From the NCBI GenBank assembly GCA_030390025.1, contig CM059433.1:30072001-30136000 (forward strand): a DNA stretch of 64,000 bases, read 5' to 3'. Numbering within the stretch: the stretch's first letter is position 1; every line of letters begins with the position of its first letter. The position numbers were made by a program, and so were the translations under genes. Below, in pieces: positions 25,804 to 38,909 of the stretch. The notes under the pieces were generated by a model. That model ran no database searches. It was not told the DNA's origin and saw only the letters and a list, made by a program, of their open reading frames with translations. The DNA is from Squalus acanthias (taxonomy: Eukaryota).

Positions 25804-26518
25804 GGCCCTGAATTTGCGATCGGAGTCTTCCCGCGGAGAAATGCGCAAATAAAATCCGTGCCTACCTAGTGGTCCGGAAGGTACGGAAACTCGCAGTCCT
25901 GGGCTTTCCTGGGTACCTGCGGGTAGAGGTCCACGTATCACAGGGGCGCAGGCGGATCTCAAGCGTCCCTGGGATCACATGGGCCGGTCCAACGAATGAA
26001 AGCAGGGAATCCCCATTCATGCTTATCGGGGATTCTGTATGTACGGAAACCCCATAACTATGAATGGGAAACCCCCAAAAATACCTCTACACTTCAAATA
26101 ATTTTTTTTTTAAATCACATATTTAAAATGCCATTTAATTAAATATTTAAAACAAAAATTTAATTTTTTGAAAAATAAATGTAAATGTTTTAAAGGGGCT
26201 AAAAATAAACTTACCTGATTTCACAGGTTTCTAAATGTTTAAATTATTGATAAAATGTTATTTTTCTGTTTTTTAAAACTCTTACGCTGGTAAAAGCAGG
26301 CCTTACGCCTGCTTTTTCCAGGCGTAAGAATTTCACGGGCATTTGCTGGGCAGAAGTTGGGCAAATAGCCCAGCTCTCCACCCGCGGATGCCCTTTTCCC
26401 GGGGATGCACATGATTCTTGACAGATTGCAAGTTCTGGGTTTTAGCGCATGCCTAAACTGGGAACTTGCGCAGCCCTTACGGGCACGTATGCACCCGTAG
26501 GGGCCGCAAATTACGGCC
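25804..26518. mobile_element. Harbinger-type MITE related to 3555-4309
   Basis: Imperfect TIR ggccctgaatttgcg / cgcaaattacggcc; GC-rich subterminal arms and AT-rich centre sharing aaaaataaacttacctg and cgcctgctttt motifs with 3555-4309. Confidence 0.7.
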
Positions 26519-26521
26519 TAA

Positions 26522-26678
26522 TATATTATTTGAATTACATTACATTATATTATATTATGTTACATTATATTACATTGTTATATTATATTAATCATATTAT
26601 ATAATTATATTATTTAAATGACATTACATTGTATTAGATTATGTTATATTACATTACATTGCATTACATTATATTATC
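26522..26678. repeat. Degenerate (TTACA/TTATA)n pentanucleotide microsatellite
   Basis: Direct reading of attacattacattatattatattatg. Confidence 0.85.
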
Positions 26679-28137
26679 TTAGCTGTTCATATCCTTGAGG
26701 AGATTAAACAAATCAGAGAGAGTTAGGGACAGTATAAGTTGTGCATGGTTTTCTGGAGGAAGTAAATTAGATAGGCTGAGTGGTCTTTCCTATTCCATGC
26801 TTTTTATGCATGGAGTGTGCAATAAGGATATGACACATTACACATTGTGCTCGCCACTAAATAGAAAATTATAAAATCAAATTGAAATGAGATTATTGTG
26901 AAACTGCAAAAATGTGTCCTGTAGCCCAAACTTTCCCAAATGCCAACGCTACAGTGTTTAACTGGAATTTCACAGTAAGCTGTTTTTGACTAGGAGGCGA
27001 GCCTTGCCAAAATAACTCCCAGATCAAACAATGGACCCTCTTTTAATATATTACTTGGGTGTGTTGCAATATGTGAGTGTGTTTCTACACTGCATAGAGT
27101 ATTCTTCTGTTCCAGTGTTAGTTGACCTTCAATAATCCATATATACATTTTACATTTAGTGTGTGTCCATAGCATCACTCCTGAAAGTGTGGCTTCAGAG
27201 GTGTCACGTCTCTAAAGCCTCATGCTTATGCAAGTCAAATTTAAAAAAAATCTACTCACTCAAATAACCATGAAGCCTTTGGATTGTCATAAAACTTTTC
27301 CGCAGGTCTTAAAATGGAGATTTTATAATATCAGAGTACTTACAACACCACAAATCAGACGACCCCTATGTCTGTAGTTCAGCTAAGCTCCCATGGATAC
27401 CTCTTGCATCTTCCATAGGTTAAATCTTGCAACAAACCGACACTGTTGACAGAGCCCCACACACAGTCAGCAAATACTGGAAAATCACAGGCCTGTGAGG
27501 GGCAGGAGACCAAGCAACATTTACCCTTTTAAGTCAGATAACCGGGATATTCTTCACTCCCAATCTCTGCTCCAACTGATTACTTCACTCTTCTGATCCT
27601 TGTATCTGCACCGGTGAAATAATTGATGACATTTTAGGTTATTAAAGGGTCGTACTTCATCCCTTTCCTTTCTCGGTTTGATCCGGTGCTCCATATTTGC
27701 TTAATCATGCCTCTTGTTCTGCTGTCTCTTGTAAATATTACATAAAATTACATAAAATATATAACACAGGAACAGGCCATTCGGCCCAACTAGTCTGTGC
27801 TGGTGTTTACTCTCCACACGCATCTCCTCCCATTCCCTCTACCTCATCTGTAGGAATGGGCTGTCTCAAAACTGCTGAGATGTTCAGTGAAAACCTAAAA
27901 TGTGGGAGTTGTAAGCATGATCTAAAGGGGTCCAGAATCAGAGTTGGAATGTTGAAACCAGCAGTGAGAGGTGCAGTCATAGTGGTTCCATAAGAACATA
28001 AGAAATAAGAGCAGGAGTAGGCCTTTCGGCCCTTCGAGCCTGCTCTGCCATTCAATAAGATCATGGCTGATCTTCGACCTCAACTCCACCCTCCTGCACT
28101 ATCCCCAGAACCCTGGAGTTGGAGGAGGAAAATGAGG

Positions 28138-28549
28138 CAGGACGTCCCAAAGCACTTTGCAGCCAATTAAGTACTTCTTTTGAAGTGTAGTCACTGTTGT
28201 AATGCAGGAAATGTGGCAGCCAATTTGCGCACAACAAGCTGTCATAAACAGCAATGTGATAATGACCAGATGATCTGTTTTGTTTTAGTGATGTTGATTG
28301 AGGGATAAAATTTGCCAGGTCACCAGGGAGAACTCCACTACTATTCTTCGAAACAGTGCCGTGGGATCTTTTATGTCCACCTGAGAGCACAGACAGGGCC
28401 TCGGTTTAACATTTCATCCGAAAGACGGCACATCCGACAGTGCAGCACTCCCTCAGTACTGCTCTAGAATGTCAACCTAGATTTTGTGCTTGAACTGACA
28501 AGCTTCTGACTCAGAGGCGAGAGTTCTACCAACAGAACCACGGCTGACA
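28138..28549 (-). mobile_element. DeuSINE-type SINE, preceded by a CR1 tail fragment at about 27990-28110
   Basis: Same core as 15716 and 17159. Confidence 0.8.
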
Positions 28550-29183
28550 GCATTTCTTTATGTCTTTTGCCAGTCAAGCCAACAACTACCTCCTCTTACT
28601 TTTGACTGCTTCAGCTTAATGCTCCTTTGCCTATTTATGTTCTTGGCCTCATCATCTCCTGTGACCTGAGATGGAACTCCCACATCTTCTCCGTTGCTAT
28701 AGTTACCTCCAAGAAGCACTTGGCTACGCTCGCCTCAAAAGCTTTTATTCTCGTGGCAGCTCGGAATTCTAGTTGATGAGTAAATCTTTTCCGTGGCTTT
28801 CAGCTCTTCTGTACTCACTTACAGAACTCTCATTCAAGATCTATATTAGATGATCGGTGTAGCTGATCTTTTATATTAATGGTTGGATTCAAAGCCATCT
28901 AGTGCCTTATTTAATAAGCTGAACATTTTTTTCTCCGCAGCAACTGTCCATAAAGCCCAAATATATCCAAAACTAAAATACTGCTCCCATATCTCTTCCG
29001 ACACCTTCCTCACACTATTGGACAAGGTACAATAAAAAGCTTGTCTGTCTCTCTCTCCTCCAGCATCCAACCTCTCTCACTGTCGAAACCTATCATGTCT
29101 TTCTTTAGTTTATTGTTTTATCTGTGGTTCTTGCTGCTCTTTTGTTCTCTAAGCTCCAATATGCTGTCTGACACACCCTTTCT

Positions 29184-29323
29184 GACCAGTTCTGACAAAG
29201 GGTCATCGACCTGAAATGTTAACTCTCTTTCTCTCTCCACAGATGCTGCCTGACCTGCTGAGTATTTCCAGCATTTTCTGTTTTTATTTCAGATTTCCAG
29301 CATCCACAGTATTTTGCTTTTGT
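29184..29323 (+). mobile_element. Solo Penelope pLTR fragment with mutated hammerhead core
   Basis: 11-bp TSD acaccctttct (29173-29183 / 29324-29334); core reads ctgacaa..gaaatgtt. Confidence 0.8.
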
Positions 29324-30189
29324 ACACCCTTTCTCATTGTTATTTTAAGCAGTGTATTACTCTAGCTCACTCCTTCCGAGGACCATCAAACATGTGGAAT
29401 TCCGCCTCCTCCCTCCTATAATCTCCAGACTTTTAAAAACCCAAGCTTGACATTGTCCACTCACTACTACCGGTTTAAAGTAATCGTTTTAACCCAGTTC
29501 AAACATTCTGGTGTCCTGCACTATGGGCCCTGTCTCTTCACTTGTTTTCTCATTTAAAAAAAATGAAACGACCCTTTAATAATTATTTCGTTCACATGGT
29601 GCCTTACTGACAGTTTGAAAAGTCTAACCAACTTTAGCTCTTAATATCACGACGCAGTATTGAGTTCCAAATGTCACTACATAAACACATGATTGCGTTA
29701 TCCCTGTAGGGATTAGAACTTCTGCTGAAACACTATCTTGTTTACAGGCATACAGGAACACAAATGTACACACTCTTAAGTAGAGACTCACACACATTGC
29801 ACAAATTCACAATTTCCCTTCAAATGACACAAAGCTAAGGTGGATTATTGCCAGATCATAGTAAAGCTTCGACAGCCACATGAGCTATGTCATATACGCT
29901 GTATATAAACTGTCCACACCTACAGTCGCATACTTAAGATCCTTGCTATAGTACAAGGATTTTTCCAACATTTACTGGTTTTAGAATCGTCTATTAAATT
30001 CCGTCGGATTAACGCCCCATTTCATATAGCATACTCTGTCTAACATCAACCTTGAAAGCCATTCTAAAAGTATATTACTGCGGGAGTATTTACTGTGATA
30101 TGGTTTCAAAACTGAGGGATCCATCAATAGCATATAAAGGAAGAAAGAAAGCAAGACTTTCCAAAGCTCAGTGATAGCAGTCTAACCTC

Positions 30190-30618
30190 AGCAACACGGT
30201 GGCATAGTGGTTAGCACTGGTGCCTCACAGTGCCAGAGACCCAGGTTCGAATCTAACCTCGGGTGACTGTCTGTGTGGAGTTTGCACATTCTCCCTGTGT
30301 CTGTGTGGGTTTCCTCCGGGTGCTCCGGTTTCCTCCCACAGTCCAAAAATGTGTGGGTTAGGTTGATTTGGCTATGATAAATTGACCCTTAGTGTTAGGG
30401 GGGGGATTAAATATGTGGGGTTATGGGGATAGGATGGGATATGTTAGGGGGAATTAAATATGTGGGGTTACGGGGGTAGGGTGGGATATGTGTACTGTGG
30501 GGATTAAAGCAGGGACAGGGTACTGGATTTGGATGATCAGCCATGATCGTATTGAATGGTGGAGCAGGCTCGATGGGCCGAATGGCCTACTCCTGCTCCT
30601 AGATTCTATGTTTCTATG
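30190..30618 (+). mobile_element. V-SINE (HE1-type) long-tail variant, inserted in a DeuSINE spanning about 30166-31052
   Basis: V-domain, internal duplication of gttagggggg..attaaatatgtggggtta, CR1-derived tail ending ttctatgtttctatg. Confidence 0.88.
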
Positions 30619-31775
30619 TTTACCTCCGAGTCAGAAGTTTGTGGGTTCAAGTCCCACTCCAGACACATGAGCATGTAATCTAGGCTGACACCCCCAGTGC
30701 AGTACTTTGAGGGAGTGCTGCACTGTTGGAGGTGCTGTCTTTTGGATGAGACATTAAACCAACTGCCCTCTCGGGTGGATGTAAAAGATCCCACAGCACT
30801 ATTTCGAAGACGAGCAGGGGAGTTCTTCCCGGTGTCCTGGCTAATATTTATCACTCAACTAACACCTAAAAAACAGATGATCTGGTCATTTACCTTATTG
30901 CTATTTGTTGGGCCTAGCTGTGTGCAAATTGGCTGCCACATTTGCTACATTACAACAGTAACTACATTGCAAAAGTTCTTTGTTGGCTGTGAAGCATTTT
31001 GGGATGTCCTGAGGTCATGAAAGGTGCTATATAAATGCAAGTCCTTTCTTTTATATGGATTAGTGCCACACCAGACATTGGGCACTTCTACATTTCCTCT
31101 GTAATTTCTCAGGGTGAAGTTCCATGATTGCCAATTGCCAGTGAATCACCCAAGAAGGTATTAATCACATGTAAGCTTCAGCAGTGAGTCTTGACAGGCC
31201 CCCAATCCTTTCCTCACCTGATGTCTGCACACACTTCCAACTGGGGGTCACTGGACAATCGTTGGCCAATTTCCCCTCACTCTTTCAATCCAGGGACCAA
31301 TTGTAGCTCCTCGACCACTCCCCCCCAGGGCAGGATCAACTATCACAGACCTGGGGATCAAACCTGGGGGTCTTCCTAGATTATATGCCTCAATTATTCA
31401 GTGCATAAACTTGCTGAGCCAGTGGGTCTATAAATAACTAGCTCTAACCACATAAAACTAAGCCAGGACAGGATCACGCATTGAATGTCTGTACAAATAG
31501 TGATCTATTGTTCTTTCTTACTTTAGATGTACTTTTGATCACATGGTGGAACCAGATTATCAGATATGTTATTGAAAACACATGTCTGGAGCATAGCAAT
31601 CGGAAATCTGATAACAAACCACCTAAAGGCAGCTCAGACCATGTTTTGCAGGTAGAAAGATCCCACTGACTGAGCTCCAAACAGTAACTCCAAGACAAAT
31701 TTCACAAACACCTGGGGTAGCGCATGACACAACACACTGTGGCTCTAACTCACTGCTCCATGGAGTAGTAGGCTG

Positions 31776-32293
31776 GTGTGTTGTGTCCAATTCTGGGAAC
31801 CACACTATAGGAAGGAGGTGAAGGCCTTTGTGAGGGTGCAGAGGAGATTTACTAGAATGATACTGGGGATGAGGGACTTCAGTTATGTGGAGAGACTAGA
31901 GAAGCTGGGATTGTTCTCCTTAGAGCAGAGAAGGTTAAGGGGAGATTTATTAGATGTGTTCAAAATTATCAGGGGTTTTGATAGAGTAGATAGGAAGAAA
32001 CTGTTTCCACTGGCAGGGGGGTCAGTAACCAGAGGAAACAGATTTAAGATAATTGGCAAAAGAACCTTTGGGGAGATGATGAGAATTTTTATTTATACAG
32101 CGAGTTATTATGATCTGGAATGCACTGCCTAAAAGGGTGGTAGAAGCAGACTCAATAGTAACTTTCAAAAGGGAAGCTTGAAAAGGAAAAAAATTGTAAG
32201 GCTATGGGGAAAGAGCCAGGGAGTGGGAGTGGGAGTAATTTCAAAGAGCCGCACAGGCATGATGGGCTGAATGGCCTCCTTCTGTGCTGTAAG
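31776..32293 (+). mobile_element. CR1 3' end
   Basis: CVQFWEPHYRK..RVQRRFTRMI..RRLRGDL peptide and CR1 tail. Confidence 0.88.
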
Positions 32294-33856
32294 TTTTTAT
32301 AGCTTTTGCCAGCAATTCACTAAATGAGGAATATCTGATCTAGACCTTGCCTGCACAGCATTCCCATTCGCAGCCTGGGAGGATTCCCTCTCTAGTGCTT
32401 TTATAACTAGAAGATCGTATTCACTGCAGAGCATAATGATGAGCAATACAACCTTTGCAGTGTTTCCACTAACCTCTGCTCTGATCAATTTTCTAGGCCA
32501 GGCCCTATTAATATACCAGACTGATTCATATTGCTCTGAATGTCCTTGAGGCAGAATGTCAGTGGCGATGTGCGCTAGGAATTTATATCGACTTGTGCAG
32601 CTGGCTTTAATTTTTTTTATTACTACACTGAGATAAAGTAGTTCCATCAGTGTTGACCAAGTAGCGAGGCAAGTGAAAGAAGCAATTAAAAAAAAACTTT
32701 CTTAGCAGAACCCCCACGTGGCATTGCTCATGGTGAGCCAGAGATTATGCTGGTGTAGGGAGTCTGGTGGCTGCTGGGATATAGAAGTAGGGGAGGGTGA
32801 ACATCTCCGCTGTAAGAATTTGGAAAGAAGTTTGGAAAAGATCTCCCTAGAGGCTGTAAGTGTTTGTGATTGGCTTCCGGAAAGTAAATAAATAGCATTT
32901 TACTACTCATTGGAGCTGAACGAATAAATTTGTTCCCTCGCCTATTCTACTATATGAACAATAGTATTATTAAAGTATAAACATAAACAAAGAAATACAG
33001 CTGCTCCAACCATTTAAAATACATTACAAATCATGAAGAGCCATTTCAAGTCATTTCTACCAGAGGCTTTCCCCACTCGCTAGGTTTTCTCCATAGTCAA
33101 CTGTTTTTGCAGGATATTGTGAGCCCAGCTCAAGCATATAACTTAATAAGCTGCCTGCACCACCTTATGCAGATAGCATGACTACATGGCCATGGGAGAG
33201 AACATCAAAGCAACTTGCAGGCCTTAGAGCTACAAGTCAAATTGAAAAGGGAATGGAGCCACTTAAAAGAAAGTGGCTGCACCGGAGGACAAAACAAAAT
33301 TGTGAGGCTTTTTATAGGCTCAGAAATGATTGCAAGAAGTTACCAGCCTTTGATAATGTTGCAATGAAGAGGTGGTAGGCAAAGCCTAAGGAAAGAAAAA
33401 GGCAGTGTGGAGGCACATTGCTTCATCAGTTTGATGAAGCAGATATACTGCTGTATGTGATAGGTGCAAGAATGGTTGCTGTGTTTGGCATTAATGGGGT
33501 CAATGCTATTTACAGTGCCTGCAGGACATGGGGACAGATACAGGAGATGAATGTGCACGTTAAGGAATCTGACAAGTCTCTCTAACAGTACCATGTACCA
33601 GATAGATGGCCCAAGACTGCATGCCACAAAGTGGTGCCGTCCCACATTTACTGCTCACTAATGCCAATTTCTCAAAGTATCTTACAGCTCTGCCATTGCA
33701 CCTCATAGATAGCCATACCTTAGCAGGACATGCATTCAATACAATTGAAATCCTTGCCAACCTAACACCTTCCATGGGCTTCAGTCCTCAAAACATTGAA
33801 ACACAATCTAACTGTGTGATGCATAGATATTAATAAGTGGACTAATGATCTAGAGA

Positions 33857-34584
33857 TAACCACAGAAAACGTTGGAAAAACGCAGCAGGCCAGGCAGCAT
33901 CCGTGGAGAGAGAAACAGAGTTAACGTTTCAGGTCGAAGACCTTTCGTCAGAACTGGAAAAAAGCAGGAAATGAAATAGATTTAAAGCAAGGATAAAGCT
34001 GGGAAAAGGGGGAGGGGATGAAAGAACAAAAGGAGAGATTAAGAGACATTGAGAGACATTAAGAGATAATCAAGGCAAGAGGAGGTGTTGATGTAACAGG
34101 TTGAGGCTAAATGAAGTGTGAAATGCACTGGCAGAATGAAGGACAGCTGCCAGCTTCTGGGAGGAAAAAAAAGGGGGGGGGGGGCCAAACAAAAGGGTGG
34201 AAGAAAAAATAAAATATAAATGTGATTGGAGCTGAGGTTATGATCTAAAATTGTTGAACTCGATATTGAGTCCAGAGGGCTGTAGGGTGCCTAAACGAAA
34301 GATGAGGTGCTGTTCCTCGAGCTTACGCTGCGCTTCCGTGGAACAGTGTAATAGGCCGAGGATGGTGAGGTCAGAGTGGAAGTGGAGCGGAGAATTAAAG
34401 TGACAGGCCACCGGGAGCTCGGGGTCCCCCTTACGGACTGAACGGAGGTGTTCCGCAAAGCGGTCACCCAATCTGCGTTAACTCTGTTTCTCTCTCCACA
34501 GATGCTGCCTGGCCTGCTGAGTTTTTCCAGCGTTTTCTGTTGTTATTTCGTATTTCCAGCATCCGCAGTATTTTGCTATCGTAT
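33857..34584 (-). mobile_element. 5'-truncated Penelope-like element with GIY-YIG C-terminus and inverted pLTR segment
   Basis: ORF 34238-34471 (RFAEH..VACHFN..RKLEEQHLIFRLGTLQPSGLN); 14-bp TSD taatgatc(t/c)agaga at 33843-33856 / 34585-34598. Confidence 0.9.
33919..33955 (-). ncRNA. Minimal hammerhead ribozyme motif, sense to the GIY-YIG ORF
   Basis: Reverse complement reads agttCTGACGAaaggtcttcgacctGAAAcgttaact, identical to 2925-2961. Confidence 0.75.
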
Positions 34585-36536
34585 TAATGATCCAGAGACA
34601 TGAGTTCAAATCCCACCATGGTAGTTGGGGAATTTAAATTCAGTTAATTAAATAAATCTGGAATAAAAAGCTAGTATCAGTAATGGTGACCATGAAACTA
34701 TCGGATTGTCGTAAAAACCCATCTGGTTCACACATGTCCTTTAGGGAAGGAAATCTGCCGTCCTTACCTGGTCTGGCCTATATGTGACTCCAGACCCACA
34801 GCAATATGGTTGACTCTTAACTGCCCTCTGAAATGGCCTAACAAGCCACTCAGTTGTAACAAACCGCTATGAAACACAATAATAAGAATGAAACCGGACG
34901 GACCACCCGGCATCGACCTCGGCACCGGCTACGGACACGGCAATGGCATACCCAGCCCAGTCGACCCTGCAAAGTCCTCCTCACCAACATCTGGGGACTG
35001 GTGCCAAAATTGGGAGAGCTGTCCCACAGACTAGTCAAGCAACAGCCTGACATCGTCATACTCACAGAATCATACCTTTCAGCCAATGTCCCAAACTCCT
35101 CCATCACCATCCCTGGAATGTCCTGTCCCACCGGCAGGACAGACCCACCAGGGATGGCGGCACAGTGGTATACAGTCAGGAAGGAGTGGCCCTGGGAGTC
35201 CTCAACATTGACTCCGGACCCCATGAAATCTCATGGATTCAGGTCAAGCATGGGCAAGGAAACCTCCTGCTGATTTACACCTACCGCCCTCCCTCAGCTG
35301 ATGAATCAGTACTCCTCCATGTTGAACACCACTTGGAAGAAGCACTGAGAGTAGCAAGGGCACAGAATGGACTCTGGGTGGGAGACTTCAATGTCCATCA
35401 CCAAGAGTGGCTCGGTAGCACCACTACTGATCGAGCTGGCCGAGTCCTGAAGGACATAACTGCCAGTCTGGGCCTGCAACAAGTGGTGAGAGAACCAAAA
35501 CGAGCAAAAAACCTACTTGACCTCGTCCTCACCAATCTACCTGTTGCAGATGCATCTATCCATGACCGCATTGGTAGCAGTGACCACCGCACAGTCATTG
35601 TAGAGACGAAGTCCTGTCTTCACACTGAGGACACCCTCCATCGTGTTGTGTGGCACTACCGCCGTGCTAAATGGGATAGATTCAGAACAGATCTAACAGC
35701 TCAAAACTGGGCATCCATGAGGCGCTGTGGGTCATGAGCAGCAGCAGAATTGTATTCCACCACAATCTGTAACCTCATGGCCCAGAATATCCCTCACTCT
35801 ACCATTACCATCAAGCCAGGGGACCAACCCTGGTTCAATAAGGAGTGTAGAAGAGCATGCCAGGAGCAGCACCAGGCGTACCTGAAATGAGGTGCCAACA
35901 TGAGGAAGCTGCAACACAGGACTACATGCATGCTAAAAAGTGGAAGCAGCATGCTATAGACAGGGCTAGCGATCCCACAATCAACGGATCAGATCAAAGC
36001 CCTGCAGTCCTGCCACATCCAGTCGTGAATGGTGGTGGACCATTAAACAACTGACGGGAGGAGGAGGCTCCATGAATATCCTCATTCTCAATGAGTGCAA
36101 AAGACAAGGCTGAAGCGTTTGCAACTATCTTCAGCCAGAAGTGCCGAGTGGATGATCCATATCGGCCTACTCCTGAGGTCCCCACCATCACAGAAGCCAG
36201 TCTTCAGCCAATTCGATTCACTCCACGTGATATCAAGAAACAGCTGAGCGCACTGGATACAGCAAAGGCTATGGGCCCCGACAACATCCTGGCTATCGTG
36301 CTGAAGACTTGTGCTCCAGAACTAGCCTGTGCCTCTAGCCAAGCTGTTCCAGTACAGCTACAACACTGGCATCTATCCGACAATGTGGAAAACTGCCCAG
36401 GTATGTCCTGCCACAAAAAGCAGGACAAATCCAGCCCGGCCAATTACCGCCCCATCAGTCTACACTCAATCATCAGCAAAGTGATGGAAGGTGTCATCGA
36501 CAGTGCTATCAAGCGACACTTACTCACCAATAACCT

Positions 36537-36788
36537 TCCAGGCAGCGGGCGGTCGAGGGGGTCGTTCGGCCCGATTGCCTGCCTCTCTTCCGCGGCTATG
36601 TTCACGCCCGGGTGGCCCTGGAGATGGAGCACGCGGTGTCCGTCGGCACCAATGAGGCCTTCCGAGACCGGTGGGCACCGCGGAGACTGGAGTGCATCGT
36701 CTCCCCGGCCAATATAATCTTAATTTAGTTTGATAAGTATTATTTAAAGTTCTATTAATTTACAGATAATTGGTTCAACAAAAAGAGG
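36537..36788 (+). mobile_element. L1/Tx1-like LINE 3' end
   Basis: 11-bp TSD accaataacct (36526-36536 / 36789-36799); homologous to 39112-39373. Confidence 0.75.
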
Positions 36789-38909
36789 ACCAATAACCTG
36801 CTCACTGATGCCCAGTTTGGGATCCGCCAAGACCACTCGGCTCCCGACCTCATTACAGCCTTGGTCCAAACAGGGACAAAGGAGCTGAATTCCAGAGGTG
36901 AGGTGAGAGTGACTGCCGTTGACATCAAGGCAGCATTTGACCGAGTGTGGCATCAAGGAGCCCTAGTAAACTGAAGTCAATGGAATCGGGGGGAAAACAC
37001 TCCACTGGCTGGAGTCATATCTAGCTCAAAGGAAGATGGTTGTGGTGGTTGAAGGTCAATCATCACAGCCCCAGGACATCGCTGCAGGAGTTCCTCAGGG
37101 TAGTGTCCTAGGCCCAACCATCTTCAGCTGCTTCATCAATGACCTTCCCTCCAACATAAGGTCAGAAATGGGGATGTTCGCTGATGACTGCACAGTGTTC
37201 AGCGCCATTCACAACTCCTATGATAATGAAGCAGTCCATGCCCGTATGCAACAAGACCTCGACGATGTTCATCCTTGGGCTGATAAGTGGCAGGTAACAT
37301 TCGTGCCACAGAAGTGCCAGGCAATGACTATCTCCAACAAGCGAGAGTCTAACCACCTCCCCTAGACCTTCAACGGCATTACCATTGCCGAATCCCCCAT
37401 CAACAACATCCTGGGGGTCACCATTAACCAGAAACCTAACTGGACCAGCCACATAAATACTGTGGCAACAACAGCAGGTCAGAGGCTAGGTTTTCTGCGG
37501 CGACTGTCTCACCTCCTGACTCCCCAAAGCCTTTCCACCATCTACAAGGCACAAGTAAGGAGTGTGATGGAATACTCTCCACTTGCCTGGATGAGTGCAG
37601 CTCCAGCAACACTCAAGAAGCTCGAAACCATCCAGGACAAAGCAGCCCGCTTGTTTGGCACCCCATCCACCACCTTAAACATTCACTCCCTCCACCACCG
37701 GCGTACTGTGGCTGCAGTGTGTACCATCTACAAGATGCACTGCAGCACCTCGCCAAGGCTTCTTCGGCAGCACCTCCCAAACCCGCGACCTCTTCCACCT
37801 AGAAGGACAAGGGCAGCAGACGCAAAGGAACACCACCACCTCCATGTTCCCCTCCAAGTCACACACCATCCTGACTTAGAAGTATATAGCCGATCCTTCA
37901 TCGTCGCTGGGTCAAAATCCTGGAAATCCCTCTCTAACAGCACTGTGGGAGTACCTTCACCACACAGGACTGCAGCGGTTCAAGAAGACGGCTCACCACC
38001 ACCTCCTCAAGGGCGATTGGGGATGGGCAATAAATGCTGGCCTTGCCAGCGACGCCCACATCGCATAAAACAAATTTTTTTAAAAAGTGATATTCAGGTT
38101 GACCAGCAGATTAGGCACATCTCTATCACTAAAGATGTGCTCCTTCAACTCGCAACATCGCAAGACCAGTTTTTGCTTCCATGACAAGATAGCACAAAAT
38201 TCAAGGGAACAAATACCAACTGGCAAAAAATTCATAAATCACAAGCCCTTGACGCCCTTGCAGGAGGTCACCCTGGACATCCTGGTATATCGGACCATGG
38301 AGGGAGTGTGGAAAAGTGAAGCAGCAGGTCACCCCAAATTCAGGCCTTGTACCATTTTGCCCTTATGTCTTATCATCTTTCTTATTCACTCCTACACCAG
38401 CGTACACATCACACAAGCATTACATACATTACCTTGCCATGAAATCTCTCTTTGTTGGTTCAGCGAGCCAACACTCTTAACATTTGACTCTTTTCTGTCA
38501 TTGTAGGCCTAGAAGAGCATCCTGTCGGCACTGACAGTGGCTGAGGACAAACAGCATCAACGTTTGCAACCACCAATGTAACTACTGATATCCCAGAAAA
38601 AAGCAATTAGTGAGCTTGAGGACACAGCACCTATTGAGTCAAAATGTCAAGGGTAGGAGGAGCAAGTGATGGTGACAGGAGGAGGAGCAGGAATCTGCTG
38701 GCCAGATGGTCACATGAGTGCCATCTGTGTTGCCTTGCACTCTTGGGAACCTTGGCACCCAGACATTTGACACATATTTAAGATATCAGGTGTGGTGCCT
38801 AAGGTATGATGCTTGAAGTATGAAGGACAAAACAGGCACTAGGCACAACGGCTCCAAAATTCCAGGCGTTCTGCTCCAGCAGTGGAAGTGCCCATACACC
38901 AAGATGCTG

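Larger units (their letters stand above)
33836..38075 (+). mobile_element. Apparently full-length single-ORF CR1-group LINE (endonuclease + RT), frameshifted, carrying Penelope and Tx1 insertions
   Basis: Short 5'UTR with B-box-like GTTCAAATCC (34604-34613); ATG 34869; endonuclease motifs [38 protein letters not shown]; 3' tail at about 38065. Confidence 0.85.

Noticed and set aside
30190..30262. tRNA gene candidates with A/B boxes (also 2180-2251, 47840, 58151, 17159)
   Set aside because: They are SINE heads running directly into SINE cores.
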